In this document: positions 38,536-49,584 of the stretch, piece by piece | Position numbering within the stretch: position 1 is the first letter of the stretch | Layout: every line of letters begins with the position of its first letter | DNA from: an uncultured candidatus Porisulfidus sp. | GTDB taxonomy: Bacteria > Pseudomonadota > Gammaproteobacteria > Poriferisulfidales > Oxydemutatoraceae | NCBI GenBank assembly: GCA_965215125.1 | Contig: OZ244052.1 | Span: forward strand, 672,001 to 736,000 | Direction of reading: 5' to 3' | DNA: 64,000 bases | Position numbers and translations under genes: made by a program | The notes under the pieces: model-generated | The model's database searches: none | Seen by the model: only the letters and a program-made list of their open reading frames with translations | What the model was told of the DNA's origin: nothing

Positions 38536-39456
38536 TCAATTATGATCTAAAGTTGAATGAAGCGAATACTTTCCTGAGTCTATAATGCAAGGTGGTATAA
38601 GTAAACGAATATTTATATCTTCTCGTAAAGCCAACGAGTTGAGCATTAAATCAATACCTCTACGGGAGCTAAGGGCTTTTTGACGCCATTTTATTGCCAT
38701 CGATAGAGTTAGTATATAAGCCTTGGATGAGCTTACTTCGGTACTTCCCGTAGTGGAATACGGCTTGGCTATACGATGGTTCGGTGTCAGTTTATACCAA
38801 GATTTCATATCTTGTACGGGTATAGCCCCGATTCGTGAGGCATGACCGTAACTTTGAAACGGAATACTTTGTAATTTATGTATGAATTTTGTCCATACAT
38901 AATGGACAAAATTCATAGTTATTCGCCTAAAGGTATATGGATTTAAGCAAGGAAAGTATTTCTTATAAAGCAAGAGCTTATATAAAAAGTAAAAAAACAT
39001 ATACGGTTTGGTTTCCCTTTCTTTATGCAAACTTTCGATTAAAGGCATGATGATTTCATTAACAACAGAAGAGCGGCTGGCAAGCATTAGTATATCCCAA
39101 GGTACTTTTTGAGCGTTAGCCAATACTTCGGGAAAATCAGGCAATATATAACCGTCATCCTCCAACACACAAGCCACGGGAATGTTATGCTTAATCATCA
39201 AATTATAAATTTTGATATGGCTTAATGTGCAAGCATGGCCTTTTTTGACATTTCTATATATATGCTCTACTTCGGATTTATCCAAATTCAATTGATTTGC
39301 AATTCGTGCGCGGTTTTCTTTACTTAGTAAATCATATTTATCAATTGCATCTACAAAGTGGCAGTTTAGGTCAAAGGCATCAAATTGCCTCTGTATATGT
39401 AGTTTTCTTTCAGGAGTACGTTTTAAGTTAATAACATAAATAGGAATATCCGACAT
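38536..39456 (-). CDS. Glycosyltransferase family 25
   Basis: PIYVINLKRTPER, CTLSH, CVLEDD, AYILT; AT-rich. Confidence 0.88.
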   Translation of the reverse strand: MSDIPIYVINLKRTPERKLHIQRQFDAFDLNCHFVDAIDKYDLLSKENRARIANQLNLDKSEVEHIYRNVKKGHACTLSHIKIYNLMIKHNIPVACVLEDDGYILPDFPEVLANAQKVPWDILMLASRSSVVNEIIMPLIESLHKERETKPYMFFYFLYKLLLYKKYFPCLNPYTFRRITMNFVHYVWTKFIHKLQSIPFQSYGHASRIGAIPVQDMKSWYKLTPNHRIAKPYSTTGSTEVSSSKAYILTLSMAIKWRQKALSSRRGIDLMLNSLALREDINIRLLIPPCIIDSGKYSLHSTLDHN

Positions 39457-39507
39457 GTATCGATGCCCCTAAATATGAGTAAACATGCTACACATTGCAT
39501 CGCATGC

Positions 39508-40887
39508 TCAAATATTTTGTAATATCCCTCGTACGCTCGCTTCGGCATCACCGAACTGCATACGCGTGTTTTCCTTAAAGAATAGTGGGTTGTCAATGCC
39601 GGCATAGCCGGTTGCCATGCTACGCTTGAACACGATGACGGTGGACGCTTTCCAGACTTCTATAACCGGCATGCCGGCGATAAGGCTGTTAGGGTCTTCG
39701 GAGAGCGGGTTGACGATATCGTTGGCACCGACGACCATCACCACATCGATATCGGGCATGTCGGGGTTGATTTCGTCCATTTCCAGAACGATGTCGTACG
39801 GCACATCGGCTTCGGCAAGCAAGATATTCATGTGTCCGGGTAGACGGCCGGCAACCGGATGTATCGCGAACCGTACATTGATATTTTTTTCCCGTAACAA
39901 TTTGACAAGTTCACTAATCGCATTTTGTGCGCGTGCCACCGCCATACCGTAGCCGGGGACAATCACAACCGCAGATGCTTCGTTAAGTATTCGAGCGGTT
40001 TCGTCGGCGTGTATCTCTTTGATATCGCCCTCTACATCGCCACTGATACTTCCGCTACTACCGAAACCACCGAGTATTACGCTAATAAAGCTCCGGTTCA
40101 TTGCACGACACATGATGTAGCTTAGAATAGCACCACTGGAACCTACCAAAGCACCGGTGATGATCAGTAAATCGTTGTTCAGCATAAAACCGGTCACCGC
40201 AGCCGCCCAACCCGAATAGCTATTCAACATCGATACGACGATAGGCATGTCCGCACCGCCGATTGCAGCGACCAAAAAAACGCCTAACAGCAAGGCCAGC
40301 GCAGTCATTATCAACAAGCTGATCCATGCGATATCGGCATCGGCAGCTAAAAACAAGTAGCCCAAAATAACCGAAACAATAACAATGGCAAGGTTGATTA
40401 GGTGTCGCGCCGGCAACATCAACGGTTTGCTTGAAAAAACGCCTTGCAGTTTTCCGAAAGCAACGATCGAGCCGGTAAAGGTTATCGCACCGATGAATAT
40501 GCCCAAATATATTTCCACCGAGTGTATCGTGTGTTCAACACCGGTGTATTGAATCGTCGGATCCAAGTAATTTGCATAACCCACCAATACCGCCGCAACC
40601 CCGACAAAGCTGTGCAACAAAGCAACCAGTTGCGGCATCTGCACCATTTCCACGCGACTGGCAACGAAAGCACCTATCGCAGCACCGACAAGCATAATCG
40701 GTAACAGATACTCCCAGCGTATTACCGCTAATGCTGCCAAGGTCATCGTCAAAGCGATGATCATTCCGGCGATGCCGAATAAATTTCCACGGCGAGCGGT
40801 TTCTTGATGGCTCAATCCACCCAAACTTAAAATAAAAAATACGCCGGCGATGACGTACGACATGGTAATCAGTCCTTGGCTAATCAT
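39508..40887 (-). CDS. pntB: NAD(P) transhydrogenase beta subunit
   Basis: [58 protein letters not shown]. Confidence 0.97.
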   Translation of the reverse strand: MISQGLITMSYVIAGVFFILSLGGLSHQETARRGNLFGIAGMIIALTMTLAALAVIRWEYLLPIMLVGAAIGAFVASRVEMVQMPQLVALLHSFVGVAAVLVGYANYLDPTIQYTGVEHTIHSVEIYLGIFIGAITFTGSIVAFGKLQGVFSSKPLMLPARHLINLAIVIVSVILGYLFLAADADIAWISLLIMTALALLLGVFLVAAIGGADMPIVVSMLNSYSGWAAAVTGFMLNNDLLIITGALVGSSGAILSYIMCRAMNRSFISVILGGFGSSGSISGDVEGDIKEIHADETARILNEASAVVIVPGYGMAVARAQNAISELVKLLREKNINVRFAIHPVAGRLPGHMNILLAEADVPYDIVLEMDEINPDMPDIDVVMVVGANDIVNPLSEDPNSLIAGMPVIEVWKASTVIVFKRSMATGYAGIDNPLFFKENTRMQFGDAEASVRGILQNI

Positions 40888-40901
40888 CGTCTATAGATCT
40901 A

Positions 40902-42446
40902 TTAACTCTTACGGAACATCTTCAACATTCGGTGGGTAACCAAAAATCCGCCGGCAACATTAATCATCGCAACGAACACCGCAACGATAGCCAACCATAA
41001 AACAACCGAAGTCGTGCTGACGGTTTGAACCAAAGCTCCGATGATGATAATTCCGCTGATCGCATTGGTGACACTCATCAACGGCGTATGTAGTGCCGGT
41101 GTGACATTCCAAATCACTTGCCAACCTACGAAACAGGCAAGCACAAATACGGTGAAATGCGCCATAAACGATTCGGGGGCTACCTGCCCCAAAGCCAGTA
41201 AAGCGACTCCGCCGATGACTAAATACAGCAAAGTCTTGAATAATTTTTTACGCGGCGATTCCGTGCTTTGCTCGGCAATAACTTCAGCCGCTTTGGGTTT
41301 TGGCGGTGGGGGTGGCGGTTGTGCACTCTCGGGCGGCGGCCAGAGTATCTCGGCTTTATGCGTTATTATCATACCGCGTACGATTTGATCTTCCAAGTCA
41401 ATGACCAATTTGCCGTCCTTCTCCGGGGTCATATCGCTTAACAGGTGTTGTATATTGGCAGCGTAAAAACGGCTTGATTGCGATGCCATACGACTCGGGA
41501 GGTTGGTATATCCGATGATCGTAACTTCGTGCTTGACTACCGCCTTATCGGCTTCGGTCAACTCGCAATTACCACCTTGTTCGGCAGCAAGGTCGACGAT
41601 CACACTACCGGCTTTCAATGCTTTAACCGCATCTTCGCTAATCAGTTGCGGTGCCGGTTTGCCGGGGATCAATGCGGTACTGACGATAATATCGACCTCT
41701 TTGGCTTGCTCCAAAAAGAGTTCACGCTCGGCTTGCAGAAATGCATCGCTCATTTGTTTGGCATAACCGCCACCGCCGCTACCCAACTCTTCCATATCAA
41801 TCGTTAGGAATTCCGCACCCATACTTTCTATTTGCTGTGCGACTTCGGGCCGCGTATCGAAGGCACGCACGATAGCCCCCATAGAACGCGCCGCACCTAT
41901 TGCGGCAAGACCGGCGACACCGGCACCGATGACCAATACTTTAGCGGGTGCTGCTCGCCCCGCTGCGGTACTTTGCCCGCCGAAGAAACGAGTAAAGTGA
42001 TTTGCCGCTTCTAACACTGCGCGATAACCTGCGATATTCGCCATCGAACTCAATGCATCAAGCTTCTGCGCGCGAGTGATGCGCGGCACTTGATCCATCG
42101 CCAATACCGTTGCGCCTCGGGCTTTAAGTTTATCTACCAGTTCTTTGTTTTGCGCCGGCCAGATAAAACAAATCAGCACCGTATCCGCAGCGATTAATTC
42201 GGCTTCTTGCGGTGTAGGTCCCTTGACTTTTAATATGATGTCGCTTTGTTGCCAAAGCACATCCGCACCGGATGCTATTTCGGCACCGGCTTCTTTGTAG
42301 ACATCGTCGCCGAAATCGGCTGCCTCGCCGGCACCCTGTTCGACAACGACCTGATAACCTAGTTTGACGAAATGACGTATGCTGTCCGGAGATGCAGCGA
42401 CGCGACGCTCCGCGGCCTGAATTTCTTTTAGGACTGCTATTTTCAT
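40902..42446 (-). CDS. pntA: NAD(P) transhydrogenase alpha subunit (fused type)
   Basis: [48 protein letters not shown]. Confidence 0.97.
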   Translation of the reverse strand: MKIAVLKEIQAAERRVAASPDSIRHFVKLGYQVVVEQGAGEAADFGDDVYKEAGAEIASGADVLWQQSDIILKVKGPTPQEAELIAADTVLICFIWPAQNKELVDKLKARGATVLAMDQVPRITRAQKLDALSSMANIAGYRAVLEAANHFTRFFGGQSTAAGRAAPAKVLVIGAGVAGLAAIGAARSMGAIVRAFDTRPEVAQQIESMGAEFLTIDMEELGSGGGGYAKQMSDAFLQAERELFLEQAKEVDIIVSTALIPGKPAPQLISEDAVKALKAGSVIVDLAAEQGGNCELTEADKAVVKHEVTIIGYTNLPSRMASQSSRFYAANIQHLLSDMTPEKDGKLVIDLEDQIVRGMIITHKAEILWPPPESAQPPPPPPKPKAAEVIAEQSTESPRKKLFKTLLYLVIGGVALLALGQVAPESFMAHFTVFVLACFVGWQVIWNVTPALHTPLMSVTNAISGIIIIGALVQTVSTTSVVLWLAIVAVFVAMINVAGGFLVTHRMLKMFRKS

Positions 42447-42552
42447 TTTGCTTAGAATTGATTAGGATTAGAGACGCATATAATAATCTAAAATCCGAAT
42501 AATACCAAACCACTGTTCATCCTAATTCCACAGTAGGGTATGAAAATCGTAT

Positions 42553-42693
42553 GGGGTGGTTTATTCCCCTCCTGTGGAGGGGTGGCAGGCGCAGCCTGAC
42601 GGGGTGGTTTATTCCCCTCCTTCGGAGGGGTGGCAGGCTGTGCCTGACGGGGTGGTCTTCCCCTCCTGTGGAGGGGCATGGGCTTGCCCCTAC
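42553..42693 (+). repeat. Repeat family B tandem array (two 48-bp units, a partial third, and a GTAG-led hairpin)
   Basis: Units start at 42553, 42601, 42649: GGGGTGGTTTATTCCCCTCCnnnGGAGGGGTGGCAGGCnnnGCCTGAC. Confidence 0.93.
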
Positions 42694-42702
42694 GCGGGTC
42701 GT

Positions 42703-43458
42703 TCACATATCGGTTAAGCCGATAGAAAATCGCTTTAGATAAGCCCTTACTCCGGTAATATAACGTCTACTCAAGTGTAATGTATCGGTCGTACATTTGA
42801 GACTCAACCGCAACCGTTGATTGTCGTCTCGATTCAGGCTTTTCATGTAGACTTTATTCACCAGAGTACTACGGTGTACTCTCATCAGAATATCACTAAA
42901 CTCTTGTTCCAGATTTTTTAGCGTTTCGGTTATCAAATGCGATCCGTTAATGTGTTTCACCATAGTATATTTTTGTTCGCTCTTGAAATAAATAATATCT
43001 TCCAACGACACCAATTCCAGTTGATTGGCGATGCGGCAATAGATATGACTGCGGCGATCTCGTTTGTATAGTCCTACCTCTTTAACACCCCTAATGATGT
43101 CGGGTTGCCGCAGCTGCTCCAGTTTTTCTTTGAGCTGATGGCGCGCGATAGGCTTCAATAGAAATCCCCTAGCGTTCACCTCAAAAGCAGAAAGCGCGTG
43201 CTGGCGATATGCCGTAGTAAAAACGATCTGCGGCGAGTTGGTGCCTTTGTTCATGTGTCGTGCCGCCTCCAGACCGTCCATCACCGGCATGTGGATATCC
43301 ATTAGTACTACATCTATATCCAAGACGTTTACCTTTTCGATTGCATCGAGACCGTTGTAAGCACAAGCCCTAACATAACAACCAGGTATCTCCGATACAA
43401 GTTGAATTAGTCTATCGCAGGCGTGTTTTTCATCATCGACTATCATGATATTCATCAT
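42703..43458 (-). CDS. algR: LytTR-family response regulator, AlgR-like
   Basis: IVDDE, MDIHMPVMDGLEAARH, FTTAY, LLKP; LytTR domain YFKSEQKY, LKNLEQEF, RVHRSTLV, SRR. Confidence 0.8.
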   Translation of the reverse strand: MMNIMIVDDEKHACDRLIQLVSEIPGCYVRACAYNGLDAIEKVNVLDIDVVLMDIHMPVMDGLEAARHMNKGTNSPQIVFTTAYRQHALSAFEVNARGFLLKPIARHQLKEKLEQLRQPDIIRGVKEVGLYKRDRRSHIYCRIANQLELVSLEDIIYFKSEQKYTMVKHINGSHLITETLKNLEQEFSDILMRVHRSTLVNKVYMKSLNRDDNQRLRLSLKCTTDTLHLSRRYITGVRAYLKRFSIGLTDM

Positions 43459-44492
43459 CTTAAACCTCCTTTAGGTATATTAATTGTTGCTCGATATTCC
43501 GTTTCGCATTGTTCCTTCTTGAAGCTAAAATCATCTCCGTAGACAAGTGCCAAACGACGCTCTATATTTGTCTGCGCCACACGATTACTTTGGCGCGGAT
43601 TATTGCTACCCAAGCTATCGCTATGCGGCGAATCTGAAGGTCGGGAATTATCAATAGGATTACAAACTTGGATAATTAAACGATTCCCCAGCGTGTATAG
43701 AGATATCGCGACAATGCCGCCTCCCAAAATATTCTCTATGCCGTGATAGATTGCATTCTCAACGAGCGGTTGCAGGATGAATGACGGCACTTTGATTGAA
43801 ATATTCGTATTGCGATCAAGAAACCAGCTAACCTGCAATCGCTCTTCGAGCCTGTATTTTTCTATTTCTAAATAGCACTTCACCAAAGCTATCTCCTCTT
43901 CCAAACTAATATATGTATTTAGGAACAACATCTTCCTTAATAAAATTGCGAATTTCTCTAGATTAACCTGAGCTAACTCAGGATTTTCTTGAATCCGACA
44001 AACGGTAGTATTTAGGGTATTGAATAGAAAATGATGGCGTATTTGGTTAAATAATTGAAGCGGTTCGCTTTTCAGCATCGCGCTCAGCCAATTTCTGAAA
44101 CCGTGCATTAATACAACGCTCAATAGTCCGTCTATCATCGCAACGGCAACAGAATTTAATTGCATCAAGGGGGCAGATGCAAAAATCGTCGTCAAAACGG
44201 TAAAAGCCTCAACTGCAAAATATGTAAATAAGCCGGTAATAACGCCACCGCTTATATAGACTATGACTGGTAGAGGGTTGCGGTATATATGCCAAATACA
44301 GACAGCTTTCAAACAAGCCATAATCTGTAGAACCAAGACCAAAGCCGAATAGATAACGATATTATGGATGCTCCAATCTTGTATTGTTAAGCCTAGAAAA
44401 GCTGTTTCAAATAATGCCGCTATGCAGAATAAGGCAACAAAAACATGTAGATTTGAATATGCCTTATTTTCATTCGTTTTAATCCCCCTCAT
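43455..44492 (-). CDS. algZ: LytS-type sensor kinase, AlgZ/FimS-like
   Basis: About 4 TM, QIRHHFLFNTLN, YLEIEKYRLEERL, LQPLVENAIYHG, NIERRL; stop overlaps the regulator start. Confidence 0.75.
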   Translation of the reverse strand: MRGIKTNENKAYSNLHVFVALFCIAALFETAFLGLTIQDWSIHNIVIYSALVLVLQIMACLKAVCIWHIYRNPLPVIVYISGGVITGLFTYFAVEAFTVLTTIFASAPLMQLNSVAVAMIDGLLSVVLMHGFRNWLSAMLKSEPLQLFNQIRHHFLFNTLNTTVCRIQENPELAQVNLEKFAILLRKMLFLNTYISLEEEIALVKCYLEIEKYRLEERLQVSWFLDRNTNISIKVPSFILQPLVENAIYHGIENILGGGIVAISLYTLGNRLIIQVCNPIDNSRPSDSPHSDSLGSNNPRQSNRVAQTNIERRLALVYGDDFSFKKEQCETEYRATINIPKGGLR

Positions 44493-44784
44493 GATCCTTC
44501 TCCTAACTACACAGTTATTCAGTATCTATAAGGCAGATGCACAGAATGTTGCAGCAGACCTTGCAATGGTTAAGCGATGCAATAAAGCATATCGCCTAAC
44601 TTCTAAAAACTATATAGGATAATCGCTTATCTGCGACAAGGGAACATGCCCTTGCCTAAAAAATTTAAGCGAGTAATAGGGAAAAATTTAATTAAAGCCG
44701 ATTAGTAGGTTTTGAAGCACACCTTTAACTTACGATTAATAGATGCGAGAACGGCAACTCGGCACACTATTTGTACATAGATGC

Positions 44785-44824
44785 GGTGCGCATTGATCGG
44801 AATGCGATATGCCGATCGAGCACC
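44785..44824 (-). terminator. Imperfect hairpin just downstream of pal
   Basis: GGTGC..GATCGG / CCGATC..GCACC; no clear U-tract. Confidence 0.35.
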
Positions 44825-44827
44825 ACG

Positions 44828-45466
44828 CTACGGATATATAAGTTCCGCTCTACGATTGAATTTGAATGCCTCTTCGGTATTGCCGTCAACCGCCGGGTGT
44901 TCTTCGCCGAAACTAATCACCGAAATACGCGAACCGTCTATGCCATGCGCTTCCAGTATAGTACGCACTGAATTTGCCCGATATTCTCCCAATGCCAGAT
45001 TGTAACCACCGGTGCCGCGTTGATCCGCATGTCCTTCTATGCGCAACACAATCTCGGGGTTTGTTTGCATAAAACGGGCATGGCGGGAGAGTATTTCCCG
45101 GGCATCGGGTTTGACTTCCGACTTATTGAAATCAAAATAGATAACCGTATATCTGAGTGCCGGATCGGCTTCTGATGCTTGTGAGTAAGCGACATTTGCA
45201 GAACTACCCGGGTCGGTGCCGTATAGTTCTTCCACAGTACCGGCAATATCGGGACTAAAGGGCTTGATTTCGATCGGCTGAGTTACAGCTTCGGAAACCT
45301 CCTTTTCTTCTGCTTCGGCAGGTGCGTCCATAGTTTCCTCCGGCTCCATGTCCACTTCCGGTTCTTGGGCGGACTCAAACTCTATCTGTGTAGTACCTGC
45401 ACAAGCACTTAAAAGTACTGTGAACCACAGCAATACGAAAATATTTACTAGGTAAGATTTATCCAT
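44828..45466 (-). CDS. pal: Peptidoglycan-associated lipoprotein with long acidic linker (start 45466 or 45493)
   Basis: Lipobox LSAC, IYFDFNKS, IEGHADQRGTGGYNLALGEYRA, ISFGEEHP, NRRAEL. Confidence 0.88.
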   Translation of the reverse strand: MDKSYLVNIFVLLWFTVLLSACAGTTQIEFESAQEPEVDMEPEETMDAPAEAEEKEVSEAVTQPIEIKPFSPDIAGTVEELYGTDPGSSANVAYSQASEADPALRYTVIYFDFNKSEVKPDAREILSRHARFMQTNPEIVLRIEGHADQRGTGGYNLALGEYRANSVRTILEAHGIDGSRISVISFGEEHPAVDGNTEEAFKFNRRAELIYP

Positions 45467-45504
45467 GTTTATCCTCTCATCTTTAGCTTCCAAGACTCAA
45501 TATT

Positions 45505-46659
45505 CTAATCTACTTGCTTGCGCAAGAATGCCGGAATATCGAGCAAATTATTATATTTATCGTCTTCGGGCTTGGTCAATGCCGGCGATTGCGGTGCTTC
45601 GGAAGATGACGCACTGCCACCTTTTATGGTTTTGAGAGGCATCGGTTCGGATTCTATCTCTAAATCGGCATCGGCCACGAGATCGCTTTCTGCCTCGGTA
45701 TCGGCTTCTATACCGGTTGCAATCACCGTAATACGCAAGGTGTCACCCATAGACTCATCGGATACAACGCCCATTTTGAAGTTGGCATCGGCGGTGGTTA
45801 ACTCCTTAAAGCCTGCTCCTATCTCTTGAATCTCTCCGATTTTAATATTAGCACTGCTGATATTGACGAGTAGTCCGCGTACATTATTCAAATCCATGTC
45901 TTCGAGTAAAGGATTTTGAATTGCAGCGAGCATCGCTTCGTTTGCACGCCCTTCGCTTTCTGCCGTACCCGAACTAATCATCGCTCTACCCGGCTCGGAC
46001 ATCACGGTCTTTATATCTGCAAAATCCAGATTGATAGAGCCTTTACGAGTAATCAACTCGGCAATACCTTGCACTGCACCATGAAGTACATCGTGTGCTT
46101 TATCCATAGTAGCCTGCAATTCGGTATCGGGACCGAATACCGAGCAAAGTTTTTCGTTTGAGACGATAATCAACGAATCAACATATCTGCTTAACTCGTC
46201 GATACTTTTCTCGGCGATATCCATACGCCTAGCCTGTTCACATTCAAAGGGTTTAATTACCACCGCAACGGTCAATGCACCGAGCCCTTTTGCAATTTCT
46301 GCAATCACCGGTGCTGCACCGCTGCCGGTACCGCCACCCATACCTGCGGTAATAAACACCATATCGGTCTTCTCGATGATTTGGCGTATTTGATCGGCAT
46401 TTTCCTTTGCTGCGTCTCGCCCCACCTCCGGCTTGCCGCCGGCACCCAAGCCTTTGGTTAGGTCGGCTCCCAACTGTAAGCAGTTTGCTTTGCTACTCGA
46501 CAGAGCCTGCATGTCGGTATTGGCACAAATAAACTCGACACCCTCGAGATTCTTGGACATCATATAGTTGACGGTATTACCGCCGCACCCGCCGACACCG
46601 ATTACTTTGATAACGGCACCTTCGGGTCTTTTATTTTCTATAAGTTCAAACATTTTCAT
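45505..46659 (-). CDS. ftsZ: Cell division protein FtsZ
   Basis: [26 protein letters not shown]-terminal [10 protein letters not shown]. Confidence 0.98.
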   Translation of the reverse strand: MKMFELIENKRPEGAVIKVIGVGGCGGNTVNYMMSKNLEGVEFICANTDMQALSSSKANCLQLGADLTKGLGAGGKPEVGRDAAKENADQIRQIIEKTDMVFITAGMGGGTGSGAAPVIAEIAKGLGALTVAVVIKPFECEQARRMDIAEKSIDELSRYVDSLIIVSNEKLCSVFGPDTELQATMDKAHDVLHGAVQGIAELITRKGSINLDFADIKTVMSEPGRAMISSGTAESEGRANEAMLAAIQNPLLEDMDLNNVRGLLVNISSANIKIGEIQEIGAGFKELTTADANFKMGVVSDESMGDTLRITVIATGIEADTEAESDLVADADLEIESEPMPLKTIKGGSASSSEAPQSPALTKPEDDKYNNLLDIPAFLRKQVD

Positions 46660-46685
46660 TTCTCCTATAAGTTAAAAATATCGGA

Positions 46686-47903
46686 TTAATAATGGTATTG
46701 AAACCAACGCCACGCTTTTAACCAAGCGGTTTTGAGACGACTACGCTCCGACTTATTTATCTCCACATATACCGTTGAGTCTTTTGCGTAGAGTAATAAA
46801 CCGAAACCGGTCGCATAAATCGGGTCTTTGAGATTGTCGGTGGTACCCTTCAGTTGCCGAGGACTACCCATGCGCACCGGCATATCAAAAAAATCCTTTG
46901 CCAAATCGCAAACGCCCTCCAGTTTGGAACCACCACCGGTTAACACGATACCGGAAATTACATCTTGCTCGAATTTTTTTTGTATGTGTTCTTGTGTTAA
47001 TCCGAAAATTTCATCGTACCGAGCTTCTATAATTTCTGCTAAAATTTTCCGTTTACAATTTATTGCCGAGGTGTCATCGGACAATGCGTGTAGTTCTATG
47101 GTTTCGTTGATGTTTTTAATGCAGGCTTTGGTGCACCCGTACTTGAGCTTTATTTCTTCGGCATGATTGGGAGGTGTGCGCAAGACTTTCGCGATATCGT
47201 TGCTTACATGGTCGCCGGCAACCGGAATAACCCCGATATCTATAATTTCTCCTTTGGTATAAATCGCAATATCGGTCGTGCCGCCACCTATATCTATCAT
47301 GCAAACTCCTAATTCACGCTCGTCGGTAGTCAACACCGCCATCCCGGAAGCAACCGGCTCAAGCACCATTTCTTCTATGTTGATTCCACACTGCTCTACG
47401 CAGTTTTTGATATTGCGTATTTGATATTTACCGCCGGTAATCATATATACTTTTGCTTCCAGACGACGGCCTGCCATGCCTTCGGGGTTTCTGATTCCCG
47501 ACTCGCCGTCTACCATAAATTCTCGGGGAAAAGCATGCAAAATCTCTTGATCACCGGCAACGGGTATTGATTTAGCGGTTTCAACCGCATTGTTCATATC
47601 GAATTCCGAAACTTCTCCGTCGAGTATAGGTGCTGCATCTTCACTCAGTATGCCTTGGATATGTTCACCGGAAATGCCCACATGAGCTGAGGTTATCCCC
47701 TCCTTCTCATCAAGCATGAGTTCGGCTGCCTGTATAGAACTTTGTATAGAATCGACCATCTGTTCTATATCAATGACTATTCCCTTTCTCATACCTTTAG
47801 ACGGACAAACTCCGGAAGCGAGAATTTTAAGCGAGCCGTCCTCTGCTACATCGGCAACCAAAGTTGCAATTTTGTTGGTTCCTATATCGATCGCCGCTAA
47901 CAT
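46686..47903 (-). CDS. ftsA: Cell division protein FtsA
   Basis: AIDIGTNK, DIGGGTTD, AEEIKLKYG, GIVLTGGG, YATGFGLL; ATG 47903 has a GGAGGG RBS. Confidence 0.96.
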   Translation of the reverse strand: MLAAIDIGTNKIATLVADVAEDGSLKILASGVCPSKGMRKGIVIDIEQMVDSIQSSIQAAELMLDEKEGITSAHVGISGEHIQGILSEDAAPILDGEVSEFDMNNAVETAKSIPVAGDQEILHAFPREFMVDGESGIRNPEGMAGRRLEAKVYMITGGKYQIRNIKNCVEQCGINIEEMVLEPVASGMAVLTTDERELGVCMIDIGGGTTDIAIYTKGEIIDIGVIPVAGDHVSNDIAKVLRTPPNHAEEIKLKYGCTKACIKNINETIELHALSDDTSAINCKRKILAEIIEARYDEIFGLTQEHIQKKFEQDVISGIVLTGGGSKLEGVCDLAKDFFDMPVRMGSPRQLKGTTDNLKDPIYATGFGLLLYAKDSTVYVEINKSERSRLKTAWLKAWRWFQYHY

Positions 47904-48670
47904 GCCTGCGACCCTCCGTCTTTTTTCCAGCGCACCGCAAAACCGTCTAAATATCTCAAGTCTATGCATACAACACGATGTATATGATCGACGAAACCGG
48001 CTTGATAAGCAGCTATAAATCTTTTGATGCGCTGTTCAAAAAGATGTCTGCCTAAAATCAAGCGAGGTGCATTCTCCAACTGCACGGTATAAGTTCGGCT
48101 TTGATCTTCTCTCAAGTAAATTACGCGTAAACCGACGGGGGCTAACCAATCGGTCAACCGCCGATAGGAAGCAAGCAGATCCTTTTCACGACCCGCCGCA
48201 GCATCGAATATAGGCAAATTATCGTTATCGGTTAAGTGCGGTCTAAATACCTCGCCGCTCTTATCCAACAAAGCCTGTCCTCCCCAATACGCAACCGCTT
48301 CGCGTTCTTGTATGGTCAGAATTAGTGTGTCGTCGCGCCAACTACGTTTAATTAGAACATTCTTAACCCACGGCAAATCTTTTAATATTTTTGCTATCAC
48401 ATCCATCTCGTCCCTGCCTATGGAATGACCCAGAAAGGGATACAACAGTTGCTCTATTTCAAAGCGATCCACCCGTCTATATTCACCTTCCACGCGTACA
48501 TGTTTAATCTCCTTAAATAACAATCTATCCCAATCTATATCTAGCTGCTTTGCCACGACTAAAATTGTAACCAAAACAGAAATCAATATGCCGTACTGGC
48601 AGTATCGCGCGAGTTGATATCTTAGGGACTTAGGCTCGCGGTATTGCACATAAGACATTGAGTAATTCAT
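47897..48670 (-). CDS. ftsQ: Cell division protein FtsQ
   Basis: One TM, POTRA (LPWVKNV.IKRSW), IDLRYLDGFAVRW. Confidence 0.92.
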   Translation of the reverse strand: MNYSMSYVQYREPKSLRYQLARYCQYGILISVLVTILVVAKQLDIDWDRLLFKEIKHVRVEGEYRRVDRFEIEQLLYPFLGHSIGRDEMDVIAKILKDLPWVKNVLIKRSWRDDTLILTIQEREAVAYWGGQALLDKSGEVFRPHLTDNDNLPIFDAAAGREKDLLASYRRLTDWLAPVGLRVIYLREDQSRTYTVQLENAPRLILGRHLFEQRIKRFIAAYQAGFVDHIHRVVCIDLRYLDGFAVRWKKDGGSQAC

Positions 48671-49584
48671 AATTTCTCCTTTTTGGCCGTTGCCAATATC
48701 TTCAATACCAGTTGTTTGAAGTCTATGCCTGCCGCCTTGGCAGACATCGGCACTAAACTGTGACTCGTAAGACCGGGTACCGTGTTGACCTCAAGTAGCC
48801 AAAATTTACCTGCGGCATCGCGTACGACATCAACCCGTCCCCATCCTGCAACGCCTATCGATTGACACGCATGCAAACATAAGTTTTCCAGTTCCTCAAG
48901 AGCTTGTGACGACAAGCCACAAGGGCAATGATAGCGAGTTCCGTGGTCTTCGTATTTTGCAGCATAGTCATAAAATATACGAGATGTCTGCAACCGTATC
49001 GGCGGCAAGATTTTGCCTTCCAATAAGGTCACCGCATACTCGTCGCCCGTCACCCAAACTTCTGCAAATAGTGTTTTTGAAACCGCAAAGGCGGCGGATA
49101 GTGCCTTATCAAAGTCGTCCGGATTTTCTACCTTAGAGACACCTATGCTCGATCCCTCACACATCGGTTTAAGCGCAAAAGGTAGACCGATTTGTGCGGC
49201 AACAGCTTCCATATCCGAGTGCTTGTCGACGATAACAAAAGGCGGTGTAGGCAGTTTTTGCGATAACCAAATTCGTTTGGTGGAGATTTTGTTCATAGAC
49301 AAAGCCGAAGCAAGTACGCCGCTACCGGTGTAAGGTATATTGAGCATCTCGAGCATACCTTGCAAAGTGCCGTCCTCTCCACCTCGCCCGTGTATTGCAA
49401 TAAAGGCATGATCATAACAACCGATTGACAAAGGCAATACGGTTTTCGGCGTGAGGTCATAGGCGATTGCGTCTACTTCCGAATCTCGCAATGCGGCAAT
49501 CACCGCATTTCCGGTATCTAAAGAGATCATTCTCTCCGACGACCATCCACCCATAAATACCGCAACTTTGCCGAACTCAAGCAT
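48667..49584 (-). CDS. ddlB: D-alanine--D-alanine ligase
   Basis: GGWSSER, HGRGGEDG, GSSIG, YDYAAKY, EVNTVPG. Confidence 0.96.
   Translation of the reverse strand: MLEFGKVAVFMGGWSSERMISLDTGNAVIAALRDSEVDAIAYDLTPKTVLPLSIGCYDHAFIAIHGRGGEDGTLQGMLEMLNIPYTGSGVLASALSMNKISTKRIWLSQKLPTPPFVIVDKHSDMEAVAAQIGLPFALKPMCEGSSIGVSKVENPDDFDKALSAAFAVSKTLFAEVWVTGDEYAVTLLEGKILPPIRLQTSRIFYDYAAKYEDHGTRYHCPCGLSSQALEELENLCLHACQSIGVAGWGRVDVVRDAAGKFWLLEVNTVPGLTSHSLVPMSAKAAGIDFKQLVLKILATAKKEKL

Noticed and set aside
42553-42693. Tandem palindromic repeats as a CRISPR array
   Set aside because: Units are contiguous with no unique 26-45 bp spacers, there are fewer than three full units, and no cas genes are present
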